Shown piece after piece: positions 30,153 to 39,634 of a DNA stretch of 64,000 nucleotides. Made by a program: the position numbers and the translations under genes. The notes below the pieces were generated by a model that searched no databases, was not told the origin of the DNA, and worked only from the letters and a program-made list of their open reading frames with translations. Numbering within the stretch: position 1 is the stretch's first letter; every line of letters starts with the position of its first letter. Source of the stretch: Gammaproteobacteria bacterium (GTDB lineage: Bacteria > Pseudomonadota > Gammaproteobacteria > Ga0077536); NCBI GenBank assembly GCA_963662545.2, contig CAXXLL010000002.1, positions 1,344,001-1,408,000 on the forward strand, read 5' to 3'.

Positions 30153-30621
30153 TTCAACGGCGGTCGTGCGGTATGGTCGGGCTTTTGCTACGGGTATTCG
30201 AACTCCACTTCCCCTGGATTGGCTAAACAGGTTGGATCCAACGCTCCGCGACGCTCATGATTACTTCAAGGGGCTTCGCGACAAGTTTGTGGCGCACTCG
30301 GTTGGCCGATTTGAAGATTGCCTGGTCGTCGCACATCTTCAGGTCGGGCCCGATGGATCACCCAACGTCGCGGACGTCTCTGCGAGGCCGGGCATGACCC
30401 TTCTTACTTCTGAGAGGGATAACGAAGACCTGCGAAAGCTCGCCTCAGCGCTTCAGCGGATCGCAGAGGAGGAGATTCGCACCGAGAAGGCGCGCGTGCT
30501 GGCTTTCGCAAAGACTTTGTCAGCAAAGGAGATGGTCGCGCTGGGCTCTCCTCGTGAACTCCCTCCAACTCGGGGCGACGAGAAGCGTCCGCGTCACAAG
30601 CCTACGAGATCGCAGAAATGA
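30153..30621 (+). pseudogene. 5'-truncated cassette ORF, possibly HEPN-like
   Basis: AVVRYGRAF...LRDKFVAHS (R-x5-H); fused to the IS481 remnant; followed by attC. Confidence 0.5.
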
Positions 30622-30628
30622 TCAGGCC

Positions 30629-30699
30629 TTCTAACCCCTCCATCGAGCGGACCCACAACGGGCTCCGCCGTTGTGGTCCGCTCATGTCAAACGTTAGAT
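30629..30699 (+). other. attC site (71 bp)
   Basis: ttctaac...catcgagcggacccacaacgg / ccgttgtggtccgctcatg...gttagat. Confidence 0.9.
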
Positions 30700-31351
30700 G
30701 GCAGAGAATATGGTGATGGACCAGTCAGCCAAATTTTGGGACAAAATAGCAGAGCGTTATTCGGTAAAACCCATTGCTGATGAAGAGGCATACCAGAAAA
30801 AACTACAGGTAACCCGCGAATACTTTCGGCCGGAAATGGAATTATTGGAGTTTGGTTGCGGGACAGGGTCGACAGCCATTGCGCATGCGCCTTATGTGAA
30901 ACATATTCAAGCGATCGATATCTCGTCGAAAATGTTAGAAATCGCTCAGGGAAAAGCTGACGCAAAAAATATCGAGAATGTCTCTTTTAAACGCTCAACC
31001 ATCGATGAATTCAACGTGCCAGAACAAACTATGGATGTTGTGTTGGGGCTTAGTATCTTGCACTTGCTGGACAACCGGGATGCAGTAATCGCTAGGATTT
31101 ATGAAATGCTTAAGCCGGGTGGCATTTTCGTCACCAGTACCGCTTGCATCGGAGATATGAGGTTTTTAAATAATATTTTTAGGATCGTCGCACCGATTGG
31201 AAAATTCATAGGCTTATTACCAACGCTGAAGGTATTCACTACGACAGAATTGGAAAGCAGTTTGACGAAAGCCGGATTTTATATTGACTACAAATGGCAA
31301 CCGGGGAAAAACAGCGGAGTGTTTATTGTGGCAATGAAAAATGCGAAATAG
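30698..31351 (+). CDS. Cassette: class I SAM-dependent methyltransferase
   Basis: LLEFGCGTG, AIDISSKM and LKPGGIF motifs; AT-rich codon usage. Confidence 0.9.
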   Translation: MAENMVMDQSAKFWDKIAERYSVKPIADEEAYQKKLQVTREYFRPEMELLEFGCGTGSTAIAHAPYVKHIQAIDISSKMLEIAQGKADAKNIENVSFKRSTIDEFNVPEQTMDVVLGLSILHLLDNRDAVIARIYEMLKPGGIFVTSTACIGDMRFLNNIFRIVAPIGKFIGLLPTLKVFTTTELESSLTKAGFYIDYKWQPGKNSGVFIVAMKNAK

Positions 31352-31375
31352 ATTAGCGATAGAAATGGTACAGCC

Positions 31376-31474
31376 ACCTAACAAGCGCGATCGAGACCGA
31401 CGCTTGACTGCGCCCTTCCTACGCTACCGCTCCGGTCGGTTGCAATCAAGCGCGGCTCATCGCGGACGTTAGGC
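31376..31474 (+). other. attC site (last of the array)
   Basis: acctaac aagcgcgatcgag...cgcttga / tcaagcg...ctcatcgcg gacgttaggc. Confidence 0.85.
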
Positions 31475-31557
31475 GCCTAAAAGTGGATGTCGCTACAGCA
31501 GCATTTGTCACCGAGCCCTTTATCACCTTTCGGTGAACGGAGTTTGTCACCGGCCTT

Positions 31558-32265
31558 TCAGGCGTCAATTACGTTCAGCCGCCCCCAATTGAAGAACAGC
31601 CGCTGTGGTGGGGCGTTGCGGCCGTGAAGGCGTTCGGCGAGCGTTTCTAGAATCATTTCCTGCACGATCATCAATTCGAGCCCAGCGGTATTGCCGATGC
31701 GGACCCACTGCAAATCTTCGAGTTCGCCGTCGCCCTTGATGTCACCTTCGAAATGGTCGGCGTCTACTGAGAAGAAGCGCGCGTGAAAGCGTAATGGTTG
31801 GTAGGCCGGCGTAATGGCCCGCCCTAGAAAACTGAGTTCTTGCAAATCGGGCGAGACCGCGCGGCGCCGGAATTCATTCCAGGTATCGTGCCTGACGGCG
31901 CCGATTTCGCCTGCAAGGCCGAACATCAGGCCCGCTTCCTCGAACGCTTCTCGTACCGCCGCCATGGCAAGCGCACACGCCTTTCGCTTCGAGCCGGCGA
32001 CCGCCATTCTCGGCGGAATATCCGGGTCGAGTTCGCGTACTGGCCGGGCAGCGTAATCCGGACGTTCGAGCACCCCGCCCGGAAAGACGTAGACGCCGGG
32101 TTTGAACCGCGCCTTGCTACCGCGGCGTCCCATCAGTACTTCGTGATGGGTGCGGCGTTTGCGATGGATGACGAGGCTGGCTGCGTCGCGCGGACGGACG
32201 GGTGAATTCTTGCGCGGAGTTGATCGCGGGGTATGGCCCCTCTGTTCCATATTTATTCTCCGCAA
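31558..32265 (-). CDS. NUDIX hydrolase
   Basis: PRDAASL, YVFPGG, AAVREAFEEAGL and RAITP motifs. Confidence 0.88.
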   Translation of the reverse strand: MRRINMEQRGHTPRSTPRKNSPVRPRDAASLVIHRKRRTHHEVLMGRRGSKARFKPGVYVFPGGVLERPDYAARPVRELDPDIPPRMAVAGSKRKACALAMAAVREAFEEAGLMFGLAGEIGAVRHDTWNEFRRRAVSPDLQELSFLGRAITPAYQPLRFHARFFSVDADHFEGDIKGDGELEDLQWVRIGNTAGLELMIVQEMILETLAERLHGRNAPPQRLFFNWGRLNVIDA

Positions 32266-32279
32266 ATGACGGACTGCGT

Positions 32280-32612
32280 TTAGATCCGCGTGGATTCAGA
32301 AAAGAGATGGATGACAAGTACGCCGGCGACGATCAGGCCCATGCCGAGGAGAGCGGCGGTATCGGGCAGCTGTCGGTACAGAGGAATTGCTACGAGTGTC
32401 ACGAGAATGATTCCAACTGCCGACCAGATCGCGTAGGTCACGCCGACTGCAATTGATTCGAGGACGACCGTCAGCAGGTAGAAGGAGATTCCGTAGCCGA
32501 CGACCACGATTGCGCTCGGCCAGAATTGGGTGAAATGCGCGGATGCCTTGAGTGCACTGGTCGCCGCGACTTCGGCGAAGATGGCGAGCATGAGGGCGAC
32601 ATAGGGATTCAT
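32280..32612 (-). CDS. SMR (EmrE/QacE-like) small multidrug efflux protein
   Basis: 110 aa, 4 TM; AIFAEVAATSALK and YAIWSAVG motifs. Confidence 0.92.
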   Translation of the reverse strand: MNPYVALMLAIFAEVAATSALKASAHFTQFWPSAIVVVGYGISFYLLTVVLESIAVGVTYAIWSAVGIILVTLVAIPLYRQLPDTAALLGMGLIVAGVLVIHLFSESTRI

Positions 32613-32694
32613 CTGTTAGAAGTCCTTTGATTCGTTGCTTAGCATTTAGTTAATCGTCGCGTGCATAACCGGTGTTTCGCGATGGCGAGGATCC

Positions 32695-33729
32695 TTACCG
32701 CCATTGGATATCCATTGCAGAGCGGTAGGCCCCCGGCGTCATGCCAAACCAGCGTTTGAAGGAACGACCGAAACTCGCCGGGTCCTGGAATCCGAGTTCG
32801 TGCGCGACATCGTAGACGCGGTAATCTTCGTTAGCGAGCAATTCTTTCGCGCGCACCATCTGGATGTCATCAACGATTGCCTGATAGGTCGTGCCGGCTT
32901 CGCGCAGATGCCGAATCAGGGTGCGTGGTGAGACGTGCAGGGTCTCAGATATTGCCTTCAGATTCGGGGGTGAGGCCGGCCCGGCGCCCGTTTCGATGAC
33001 GTTGAAAATCTCCCGACGCACACCCGTCAAGGTGTCCTGCTCGCGCGACAGCGAAGAGGTCTGTTCGCAGCGCCTCAATGCGGTGTGCCACGCGCTTTCC
33101 TCGTAACCGGCATTTTTTATCGCCAGCCAGGAATCGGGTACGACGAAGGCATTGCGCGGGGCCTCGAACACCACGGGACATTCGAAATATCGGGTGTAGC
33201 TGTCGAGATATTTCGTCGGCGCGTACCGGAGTTCGACATGGGCGCCGTCGAGATGGCCGCCGCAAATGGTAGTCACGTATTCATGCATGACCAGCACGGG
33301 TATTTCGATCACGATCGCCCGCACCGGTCCGAATTCGATCAGCTCGATAATCTCGCAGTAGTGAAAGCCGTGCTCGACAACACTTTGCCAGTGATGGTAG
33401 GGAACGCGCTTTGGCATGTAGCGCACCAGCGCTTCGAGGCCGTCGCCCAAGGTAGGCGCAGTGACCAGGGCCATCGTCACGGGCCCGTGGAAGTGTTCGG
33501 CCATGCCCTTGGCCCACGACAGGTGCCAATCGGGAGCGTGCGCCATGGCGAGCGCGTTCTTGGTGCAGGTCAGTACGTGCTGGACCGCGATCGGACGCGA
33601 GTAGTTTTCGATTTCGTCCGGCAGCAGCGGTGTACCGGCGGTCAGACGTACGTGGTCGTCGAATGCCCGCGCCATGTATTTCACATAGGTATTGGGCATC
33701 AACAACTGCTCGATCGCGGCCTGGGTCAT
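32695..33729 (-). CDS. AraC-family transcriptional regulator
   Basis: C-terminal double HTH 'LHVSPRTL...LGFQDPASFGRSFKRWFGMTPGAYR'. Confidence 0.92.
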   Translation of the reverse strand: MTQAAIEQLLMPNTYVKYMARAFDDHVRLTAGTPLLPDEIENYSRPIAVQHVLTCTKNALAMAHAPDWHLSWAKGMAEHFHGPVTMALVTAPTLGDGLEALVRYMPKRVPYHHWQSVVEHGFHYCEIIELIEFGPVRAIVIEIPVLVMHEYVTTICGGHLDGAHVELRYAPTKYLDSYTRYFECPVVFEAPRNAFVVPDSWLAIKNAGYEESAWHTALRRCEQTSSLSREQDTLTGVRREIFNVIETGAGPASPPNLKAISETLHVSPRTLIRHLREAGTTYQAIVDDIQMVRAKELLANEDYRVYDVAHELGFQDPASFGRSFKRWFGMTPGAYRSAMDIQWR

Positions 33730-33733
33730 ATCA

Positions 33734-33991
33734 GCAGCCTGTCGGACTTAAGAAGAATCTACTCGGCAATTGCTCCTGCATTGCTCTCTGCTCTGGCTTC
33801 CTGCTTCGCTCTACCTCCCCCGTCCATGGGGTCCTACCTCCTGCATCCATGCAGTCGTACGGCGTTGGGATAGCGGTCTGAGAGGCGCCATGGTTCTCGT
33901 TAAATAGCCCCACTATTCGCCTCAAACCATGACACCTCCGAGCCCGCTCTCCCACCCGCCTCGCTACGATTCCCTAAGTCCGACAGGCTGC
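33734..33991. mobile_element. MITE-like element (258 bp)
   Basis: 17-bp perfect TIR gcagcctgtcggactta; partial homologous end at 51763-51813. Confidence 0.75.
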
Positions 33992-34120
33992 CGCGTTGGC
34001 ATCAAAAGTCTTGGTCTGTCACTAAATGTCTATAACAATGGCACTGGCGACGCTTCCGTGTCAACGGCGTCGGCATTATCGTGCCATCATCGAGAGTGGT
34101 TGACGGGAGAGATCATCGCC

Positions 34121-35656
34121 ATGAATGCTGAAGTTCAAATCCAACCCGGGCTGCCGCCGGGGATCAAGCGCAATCCCAAGGTCGTAGTCGTCGGTGCCGG
34201 CATGTCGGGGATGCTTGCCGCGATCAAGATGCACGAAGCCGGGATCTCAGACGTCACTATTTACGAGAAAGCCGACAAGGTCGGCGGAACCTGGCGCGAC
34301 AACCGTTATCCGGGCCTTACTTGCGACGTGCCCGCGCACGCCTACACGTATTCCTTCGAACCGAATCCTGAATACAGCCATCGCTACGCGCACGGGCCGG
34401 AGATCTTCGAATACTTCGAACGCGTTGCGAAAAAGTACAACCTCTATTCGAATATCCGGTTCAATTCCGAACTCGTCAAGGCCGAGTTCGTCGACGGTCG
34501 CTGGCAACTCGAGACCAAGGACGGCGAAGCTGTGACGGCCGATATCGTGATCTGCGCGAGCGGTGTTCTGCATCAACCGCAATATCCGAATATCGACGGG
34601 ACCGATTCTTTCGAGGGCGCGATGTTCCATACGGCGCGATGGGACGACAGTGCCGATTTGACCGGCAAAAAGGTCGGCCTGATCGGAACGGGCTCGACCG
34701 CCATCCAGATCTTCCCTCAGGTGCAGAAAATCGCAGGGAAAATGACGATGTTTCAGCGCACGCCGCAGTGGATCTACCCGACGCCCGATCGCGTCTACAC
34801 TGAAAAGCACAAGGAACGCCTGCGCAAGCACCCCTGGCTCGCGAGCTGGTTGCACGGGTTCTATATCAAGGTTTTTTTCGACTGGTTTTTTGCGAAAGCC
34901 GTGATCGGTAGTAAGCCGCTGCTCAAATTCATCTCCTGGGTGTGTCGACGCAACCTGGAAACCAAGGTCAGCGATCCCGAGCTACGCGAGAAACTCAGGC
35001 CGGACTATCAGGCAGCCTGCAAGCGTTTGATCTTCGCCAACGGATTCTACGAAGCGATTCAGGAGCCGAATGCGGCGCTCGTGACCGAAGGCATCGAGCG
35101 CATCGAGCCGAAGGGTATACGTACCACGGACGGGGAGTTGCATGAACTGGACGTGATTGTTCTCGCCACGGGATTCAAGGCGCACAATTTCATGCGTCCG
35201 ATGGACATGATCGGAGAAAACGGTCTGACGATCGACGATGCCTGGGAGAAGGGCGCACAGGCCCATCGCTCGGTTGCCATGCCGGGCTTTCCGAATTTCT
35301 TCATGCTCGTCGGGCCCAATAGCCCGATCGGTAACTTTTCACTGATCTTAATCAGCGAATTGCAAATGAAATACATCATGCAGTTGGTTGATTTGTGGCG
35401 ACAGGAAAAGGCGGATGTAATCGCGCCGCGCCGGGAAGCCACGGCGCAATACAACGAGGCGATAAAGAACTCCATGTCGGGCACCGTATGGGTAACAGGC
35501 TGCCAGAGCTGGTACATCGACAAATTCGGCAATCCGGCTATGTATCCGTGGTCGCTGCATAAATTCCGCAGGGAAATGGATCATCCTCAACTGGCTGAAT
35601 TCGATATCCGGGCGCCCGAAGCGATCCCCGGCGGATCGGAGAAAGTCGCCGCCTGA
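34121..35656 (+). CDS. Flavin-containing (Baeyer-Villiger-type) monooxygenase
   Basis: GAGMSG, GGTWRDNRYPG, FEGAMFHTARW and GTGSTAIQ motifs. Confidence 0.92.
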   Translation: MNAEVQIQPGLPPGIKRNPKVVVVGAGMSGMLAAIKMHEAGISDVTIYEKADKVGGTWRDNRYPGLTCDVPAHAYTYSFEPNPEYSHRYAHGPEIFEYFERVAKKYNLYSNIRFNSELVKAEFVDGRWQLETKDGEAVTADIVICASGVLHQPQYPNIDGTDSFEGAMFHTARWDDSADLTGKKVGLIGTGSTAIQIFPQVQKIAGKMTMFQRTPQWIYPTPDRVYTEKHKERLRKHPWLASWLHGFYIKVFFDWFFAKAVIGSKPLLKFISWVCRRNLETKVSDPELREKLRPDYQAACKRLIFANGFYEAIQEPNAALVTEGIERIEPKGIRTTDGELHELDVIVLATGFKAHNFMRPMDMIGENGLTIDDAWEKGAQAHRSVAMPGFPNFFMLVGPNSPIGNFSLILISELQMKYIMQLVDLWRQEKADVIAPRREATAQYNEAIKNSMSGTVWVTGCQSWYIDKFGNPAMYPWSLHKFRREMDHPQLAEFDIRAPEAIPGGSEKVAA

Positions 35657-35688
35657 GCGACTCCGCGAGGCTGAATGATCTGATATGT

Positions 35689-35714
35689 CGGGCCCTTGCG
35701 GGCCCGTTTTTTTT
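35689..35714 (+). terminator. Rho-independent terminator
   Basis: cgggccc-ttgc-gggcccg followed by a T8 run. Confidence 0.85.
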
Positions 35715-35792
35715 GCAGCGGGCGTATACCACGCTAAACTTAATAAAATGAGCCGCTGGATATTCTCAACAAAGCGCCTGAATCGCGGGCAC

Positions 35793-36296
35793 ATGCGGTG
35801 GGCCGGTTACATCGTTGCCGTGACACTCTTTTTCGTTGCGAGAGCCGAAGCAATCACCGTTCATACCTGGATCGACGACGAAGGGGTGCGTCATTATGCG
35901 GATGCGCCACCCACTGCCACGGTCGCCGATCGCGAGCAATTCGTCATCAATGAGGTGCCCGCCGACGGCGTGGATGCCAAGGACGATTACTACTCGATCG
36001 TGAACCAGTGGCAGCGTATGCGTGAAGAGCGCCGGGAAAGCGACGCCCTGCGCCTCGAACACGAGCGGCTCAAGTTCGAGTCACGTGCCTTGGCGGATAC
36101 GTGGACAGACGAACCGCCGGCATACCATCGCAGCTATGGGATTTACCCCTATGGCTTTCCCTACGCACCGGACCGGAACTTCCAACATCCAGGCCCGCAT
36201 GGTTTGCACGCGCCGCAGCGGGAACGAACGCCGGGCTTTACCGCGAAGCGGCGCAACGCGTTCGTTCACGCCACTCCGCCCGCCTGGCATCGCTAG
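35793..36296 (+). CDS. DUF4124-domain secreted protein
   Basis: Signal peptide plus 'VHTWIDDEGVRHYADAPP'. Confidence 0.8.
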   Translation: MRWAGYIVAVTLFFVARAEAITVHTWIDDEGVRHYADAPPTATVADREQFVINEVPADGVDAKDDYYSIVNQWQRMREERRESDALRLEHERLKFESRALADTWTDEPPAYHRSYGIYPYGFPYAPDRNFQHPGPHGLHAPQRERTPGFTAKRRNAFVHATPPAWHR

Positions 36297-36309
36297 ACGC
36301 TAGCGCCCG

Positions 36310-36744
36310 TCACAAGGATTTAGACATGCAGGTCGCACTGCTGGGGCACAGGTGGGCAAACTCTGGCGTCGCGGCGATCAATGCGGGTACCCGCATGCGG
36401 TCGGCGGGGGCGTAGTCGTAACGCGCAAAAAAGGTCGCCGCAGTCTGGGTTAGCAGGTAGAGCGTGCCGATCCCTACGGCGCCCGCCTGCTTTTCGGCAT
36501 GAGCCAACAGCCGGGAGCCGATACCGGCGCCGCGCTCGTCTGCGGTCACCGCGAGAGAACGCAGCACACCATATTCCCCATGGACTTCGATCGCCACGAC
36601 GCCGCGTATGGCCTCAGGCGTGCCTGCGGCGAAGAAGCGCGCGGCTGAATCTGGCGTGATGTCGGCGGTGGGCAGTCCGTTGGCCGTAAGAAGGGCCAAC
36701 ACGCCTTCGCGGGGCGGGTCGTCGAAAATCCAGAGCGTGTTCAC
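36310..36744 (-). CDS. GNAT acetyltransferase, ArsN2-like
   Basis: LLTANGLPTADI, LRSLAV...RGAGIG and EFAHLCPSSATCM motifs; GTG start inferred. Confidence 0.82.
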   Translation of the reverse strand: MNTLWIFDDPPREGVLALLTANGLPTADITPDSAARFFAAGTPEAIRGVVAIEVHGEYGVLRSLAVTADERGAGIGSRLLAHAEKQAGAVGIGTLYLLTQTAATFFARYDYAPADRMRVPALIAATPEFAHLCPSSATCMSKSL

Positions 36745-36760
36745 GCGTGTCTCTCCAAGA

Positions 36761-37414
36761 TCACAGTCCGCGCCGGCCGAGCGCCGCCGCCTCCGGATGA
36801 ACACTGGCCACCGCGCTCGCACGCGTATGCACGTGTGAGAACCACGCGTTGATGTTGATGAGCCCGGTGTCCATTTCTTGTCCAGCGCCTTCGCCGAAAT
36901 CGAGCGCACAGTAGAGGATGATGTCCGTCAGTGTGAAACGATCGCCGCAGATAAAGGTTTTGCGGTTCATCAGGCGGTCCAGCCAGGCGAGCTCGAGTTG
37001 AACCCGTTGTTTCAGCCCGTCGGCCGCTTCCGGAATACAGGGTATGCGGTCCTTGAACACCTCGAGACCGAGCGAGTAGCGGTAGCCGTTATAGAGGTGC
37101 TCGGTAATATTCAATTCAATGCGGCGTTGCCACATCCGGTGCTCGGCCTTCTCCTGCGGCGTGGTGCCGATTAGGGGCGGCTCGGGATTCAAGTCTTCGA
37201 GGTATTCGCAGATGGCGACGGTCTCGGCGAGCCAGGTGCCGTCGTCGAGTTCGAGCGCGGGCACTTGTCCAGCGGGATTATTGTCTCTGTAGGGTGGTTT
37301 GCGGTTTTCGGCGCCGAAGATATCGATTTCCTCGAACGGAACATCGATGCCTTTCTCCGCCATGAACATTCTGACGACGCGCGGATTAGGGCCCAATGAA
37401 TTGTAGAATTTCAT
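36761..37414 (-). CDS. Glutathione S-transferase family protein
   Basis: GPNPRVVRMFMAEKG and NPAGQVPALELDDG..LAETVAICEYLE motifs. Confidence 0.92.
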   Translation of the reverse strand: MKFYNSLGPNPRVVRMFMAEKGIDVPFEEIDIFGAENRKPPYRDNNPAGQVPALELDDGTWLAETVAICEYLEDLNPEPPLIGTTPQEKAEHRMWQRRIELNITEHLYNGYRYSLGLEVFKDRIPCIPEAADGLKQRVQLELAWLDRLMNRKTFICGDRFTLTDIILYCALDFGEGAGQEMDTGLININAWFSHVHTRASAVASVHPEAAALGRRGL

Positions 37415-37457
37415 ATCCCCGCTACCTGCTTGGTAATTGGATTTCGATTTCAGCCCC

Positions 37458-38462
37458 TCACATCTTTTCTGCAATTTTACGGGCGCCCTCGAAAAATGCG
37501 GGTACGCTCAGGGCGATCTTCTCCCATATTGGATCTCGCCGCTGTCCTTTGCGGTGCAGTTTGACATTGATACACGCAATACACCCGATACGGTATCCGG
37601 CTAATGCCTGGTACCACGGAATAGCGTCGAATTCGCGACCCATTTCGCTTTCGTAAATCTGGCGGATCTTCGCTGGTTCCATGGGATGAATCGGGCGCCA
37701 TTTCTCGGTCCAGTAAGCTTGATCGGCGGACATCATCATCCAGCCCACGTCGAGGAGTTGCGCGCCGATGCCGGACAACTCCCAATCGATGATGCCGCTC
37801 ATGATGCCGTCGTGATAGAGCACGTTGCCCGGTTGGTAGTCGCCGTGAAAGAGACCGGTGGGTTCATCGCATGGTAGTGTATCGAGCAGGGCGCGTTCGC
37901 ATGCTTCGGCGGCTTCGATCCAGGCCGGTTCCGGGGCCTGCGCATAAATGCGTTCCCACCGCCGGATCTGCGATTCCAATGTTTCGGGGGTCTCCCAGTC
38001 GGGCAGATGATCGCGCCAGTCAAACCGGTGCACCTTCGGCAGCGCGCGCGCGCATTGCTCCCACAAGGAATGCGACTCGGATTTGCTGCGGTTGAAGATC
38101 GCGGGCGGATCCCACAAGAAAAAGACACGCCCCGGGAGGCGCTCCATGACGATAAACGGCACGTCGAACCAATCGTTTTCGTCGAAGGCCCACGGCACCC
38201 GAGGTACCGGCACGCCGTCGGCGTGCAAGGCGCGCAACAGCGGTGCCTGGCGATAGACGTCGGTGTTGCCTTTGCGTTTGACACCCTTCGGCGGTAGCTT
38301 GATGACGAACCCTTTCGTCAGACCGCTGCTCTCGACAATATCAAAAAGAAAGGTCAGGCCAGCGTGACCGTCCGATTCCGCGAGTGACTCCAGCTTCGAG
38401 GACGAGCCGACTTCGTCGGCGATGAAACGCTTGAGTCCTGCGCGCAGTTCTTCGATATCCAT
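37458..38462 (-). CDS. APH-family phosphotransferase
   Basis: VPVPRV, FIVMERLPG, LFHGDYQPGN and IIDWE motifs. Confidence 0.9.
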   Translation of the reverse strand: MDIEELRAGLKRFIADEVGSSSKLESLAESDGHAGLTFLFDIVESSGLTKGFVIKLPPKGVKRKGNTDVYRQAPLLRALHADGVPVPRVPWAFDENDWFDVPFIVMERLPGRVFFLWDPPAIFNRSKSESHSLWEQCARALPKVHRFDWRDHLPDWETPETLESQIRRWERIYAQAPEPAWIEAAEACERALLDTLPCDEPTGLFHGDYQPGNVLYHDGIMSGIIDWELSGIGAQLLDVGWMMMSADQAYWTEKWRPIHPMEPAKIRQIYESEMGREFDAIPWYQALAGYRIGCIACINVKLHRKGQRRDPIWEKIALSVPAFFEGARKIAEKM

Positions 38463-38695
38463 ATTTACGAATCGCCCCGAATCGTTCAAATATTTTCGCC
38501 CAGGCCCACGAGATAGACTTTGTGTATTTTGGCTACTGCGGCCGGAGTCGCCTTTCGTAAGGCGCTGATGATAACGGTACGCCAAAGGGTGGGCGAGAGT
38601 TGGGAGGAACACCGATCCAAACAGGAAAACGTCTTATCATGCGGAACACCACTATCCGTGAGGGGGCTTAATCCTGAAACCTTTGGAAAGACGCC

Positions 38696-39379
38696 ATGAG
38701 CACTAAAGCAGTCGTTACGCTACTGACCATTTTTATCGCCGGCGTGGCATTCAATACGACGAACGCAGAAATAAGGGCGGTGGGACAGGTGGCCGTGATG
38801 AAGGGATCTGCGGCGCGTTATACGCCCGATGGATCGGCGCAGGCCCTCGGTCGCGGCGACCGGGTCTACGAGCAGGATCGGATTGAAACCGGTGAGCGGT
38901 CGCTGATAAGTATTCGCTTCGACGACAACACGCGCTTTAATTTGGGACCGAAATCGATTTTTAAAGTGAACAAGGTAGTTTCCGGCGATGACGGGATCTT
39001 CGATACGGAGGTCATCAAGGGTGCTTTTCGATTCGTCACGGGGCTGATCGCCAAGCGGCGGCCGCGTGCAATGCGGGTCAAGACCGGCGTGGTCGCAACG
39101 ATCGGGATCCGTGGCACGACCGTGGGCGGGGAAGTCGAAGGAGACTCAGCCGTCGTCGTCCTGCTCGAATCCAAGGAGACCGATGGCCCCTCGGCGATCG
39201 AAGTCGGTAATGTGCATGGCAAGGTTGTGATCACCAAGCCCGGCTACGGCACGCGGATTCCTGACGCCAACAGCCCGCCGAGCCCGCCCCAGCGCATGCG
39301 CTTGCGGGCGATCGAGAATCTCGTCAGAAATATCACTAATATTCAACGGATTGCAGTGCCGAGACCGAGAATTCGGTAA
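38696..39379 (+). CDS. Secreted FecR-domain protein
   Basis: Signal peptide; GDRVYEQDRIETG, GAFRFVTG and ATIGIRGT motifs. Confidence 0.85.
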   Translation: MSTKAVVTLLTIFIAGVAFNTTNAEIRAVGQVAVMKGSAARYTPDGSAQALGRGDRVYEQDRIETGERSLISIRFDDNTRFNLGPKSIFKVNKVVSGDDGIFDTEVIKGAFRFVTGLIAKRRPRAMRVKTGVVATIGIRGTTVGGEVEGDSAVVVLLESKETDGPSAIEVGNVHGKVVITKPGYGTRIPDANSPPSPPQRMRLRAIENLVRNITNIQRIAVPRPRIR

Positions 39380-39634
39380 TTGACGTCCAGGCGTTCAAGC
39401 GGGGCATACGCGGCATAGTACTTTATAATTTACATTAATAGACTGGTAAAATACCTTATTTTTCAGTAATCTGTGTTAAGTATTTAGAAGATTTCGCATG
39501 GATCGAATACGCAGGTGTTCGATCCGTGGAGCACAACGAGAACTGAGTTTTCGTTGCGGCCCGGCGGAAAACATCAGCAAAATCATGGTTCAGAAACCTT
39601 TGATTCAAGCCTCCAAATTGCGATGGGAAAATTC

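Noticed and set aside
32280-32670. SMR gene as a qac-type integron cassette (GTTATGC upstream on the minus strand)
   Set aside because: No attC follows; it abuts the NUDIX gene and is oriented opposite to the array.
33929-34120. N-terminal extension of the monooxygenase ORF
   Set aside because: It starts inside the MITE; the ATG at 34121 with RBS ggga fits better.
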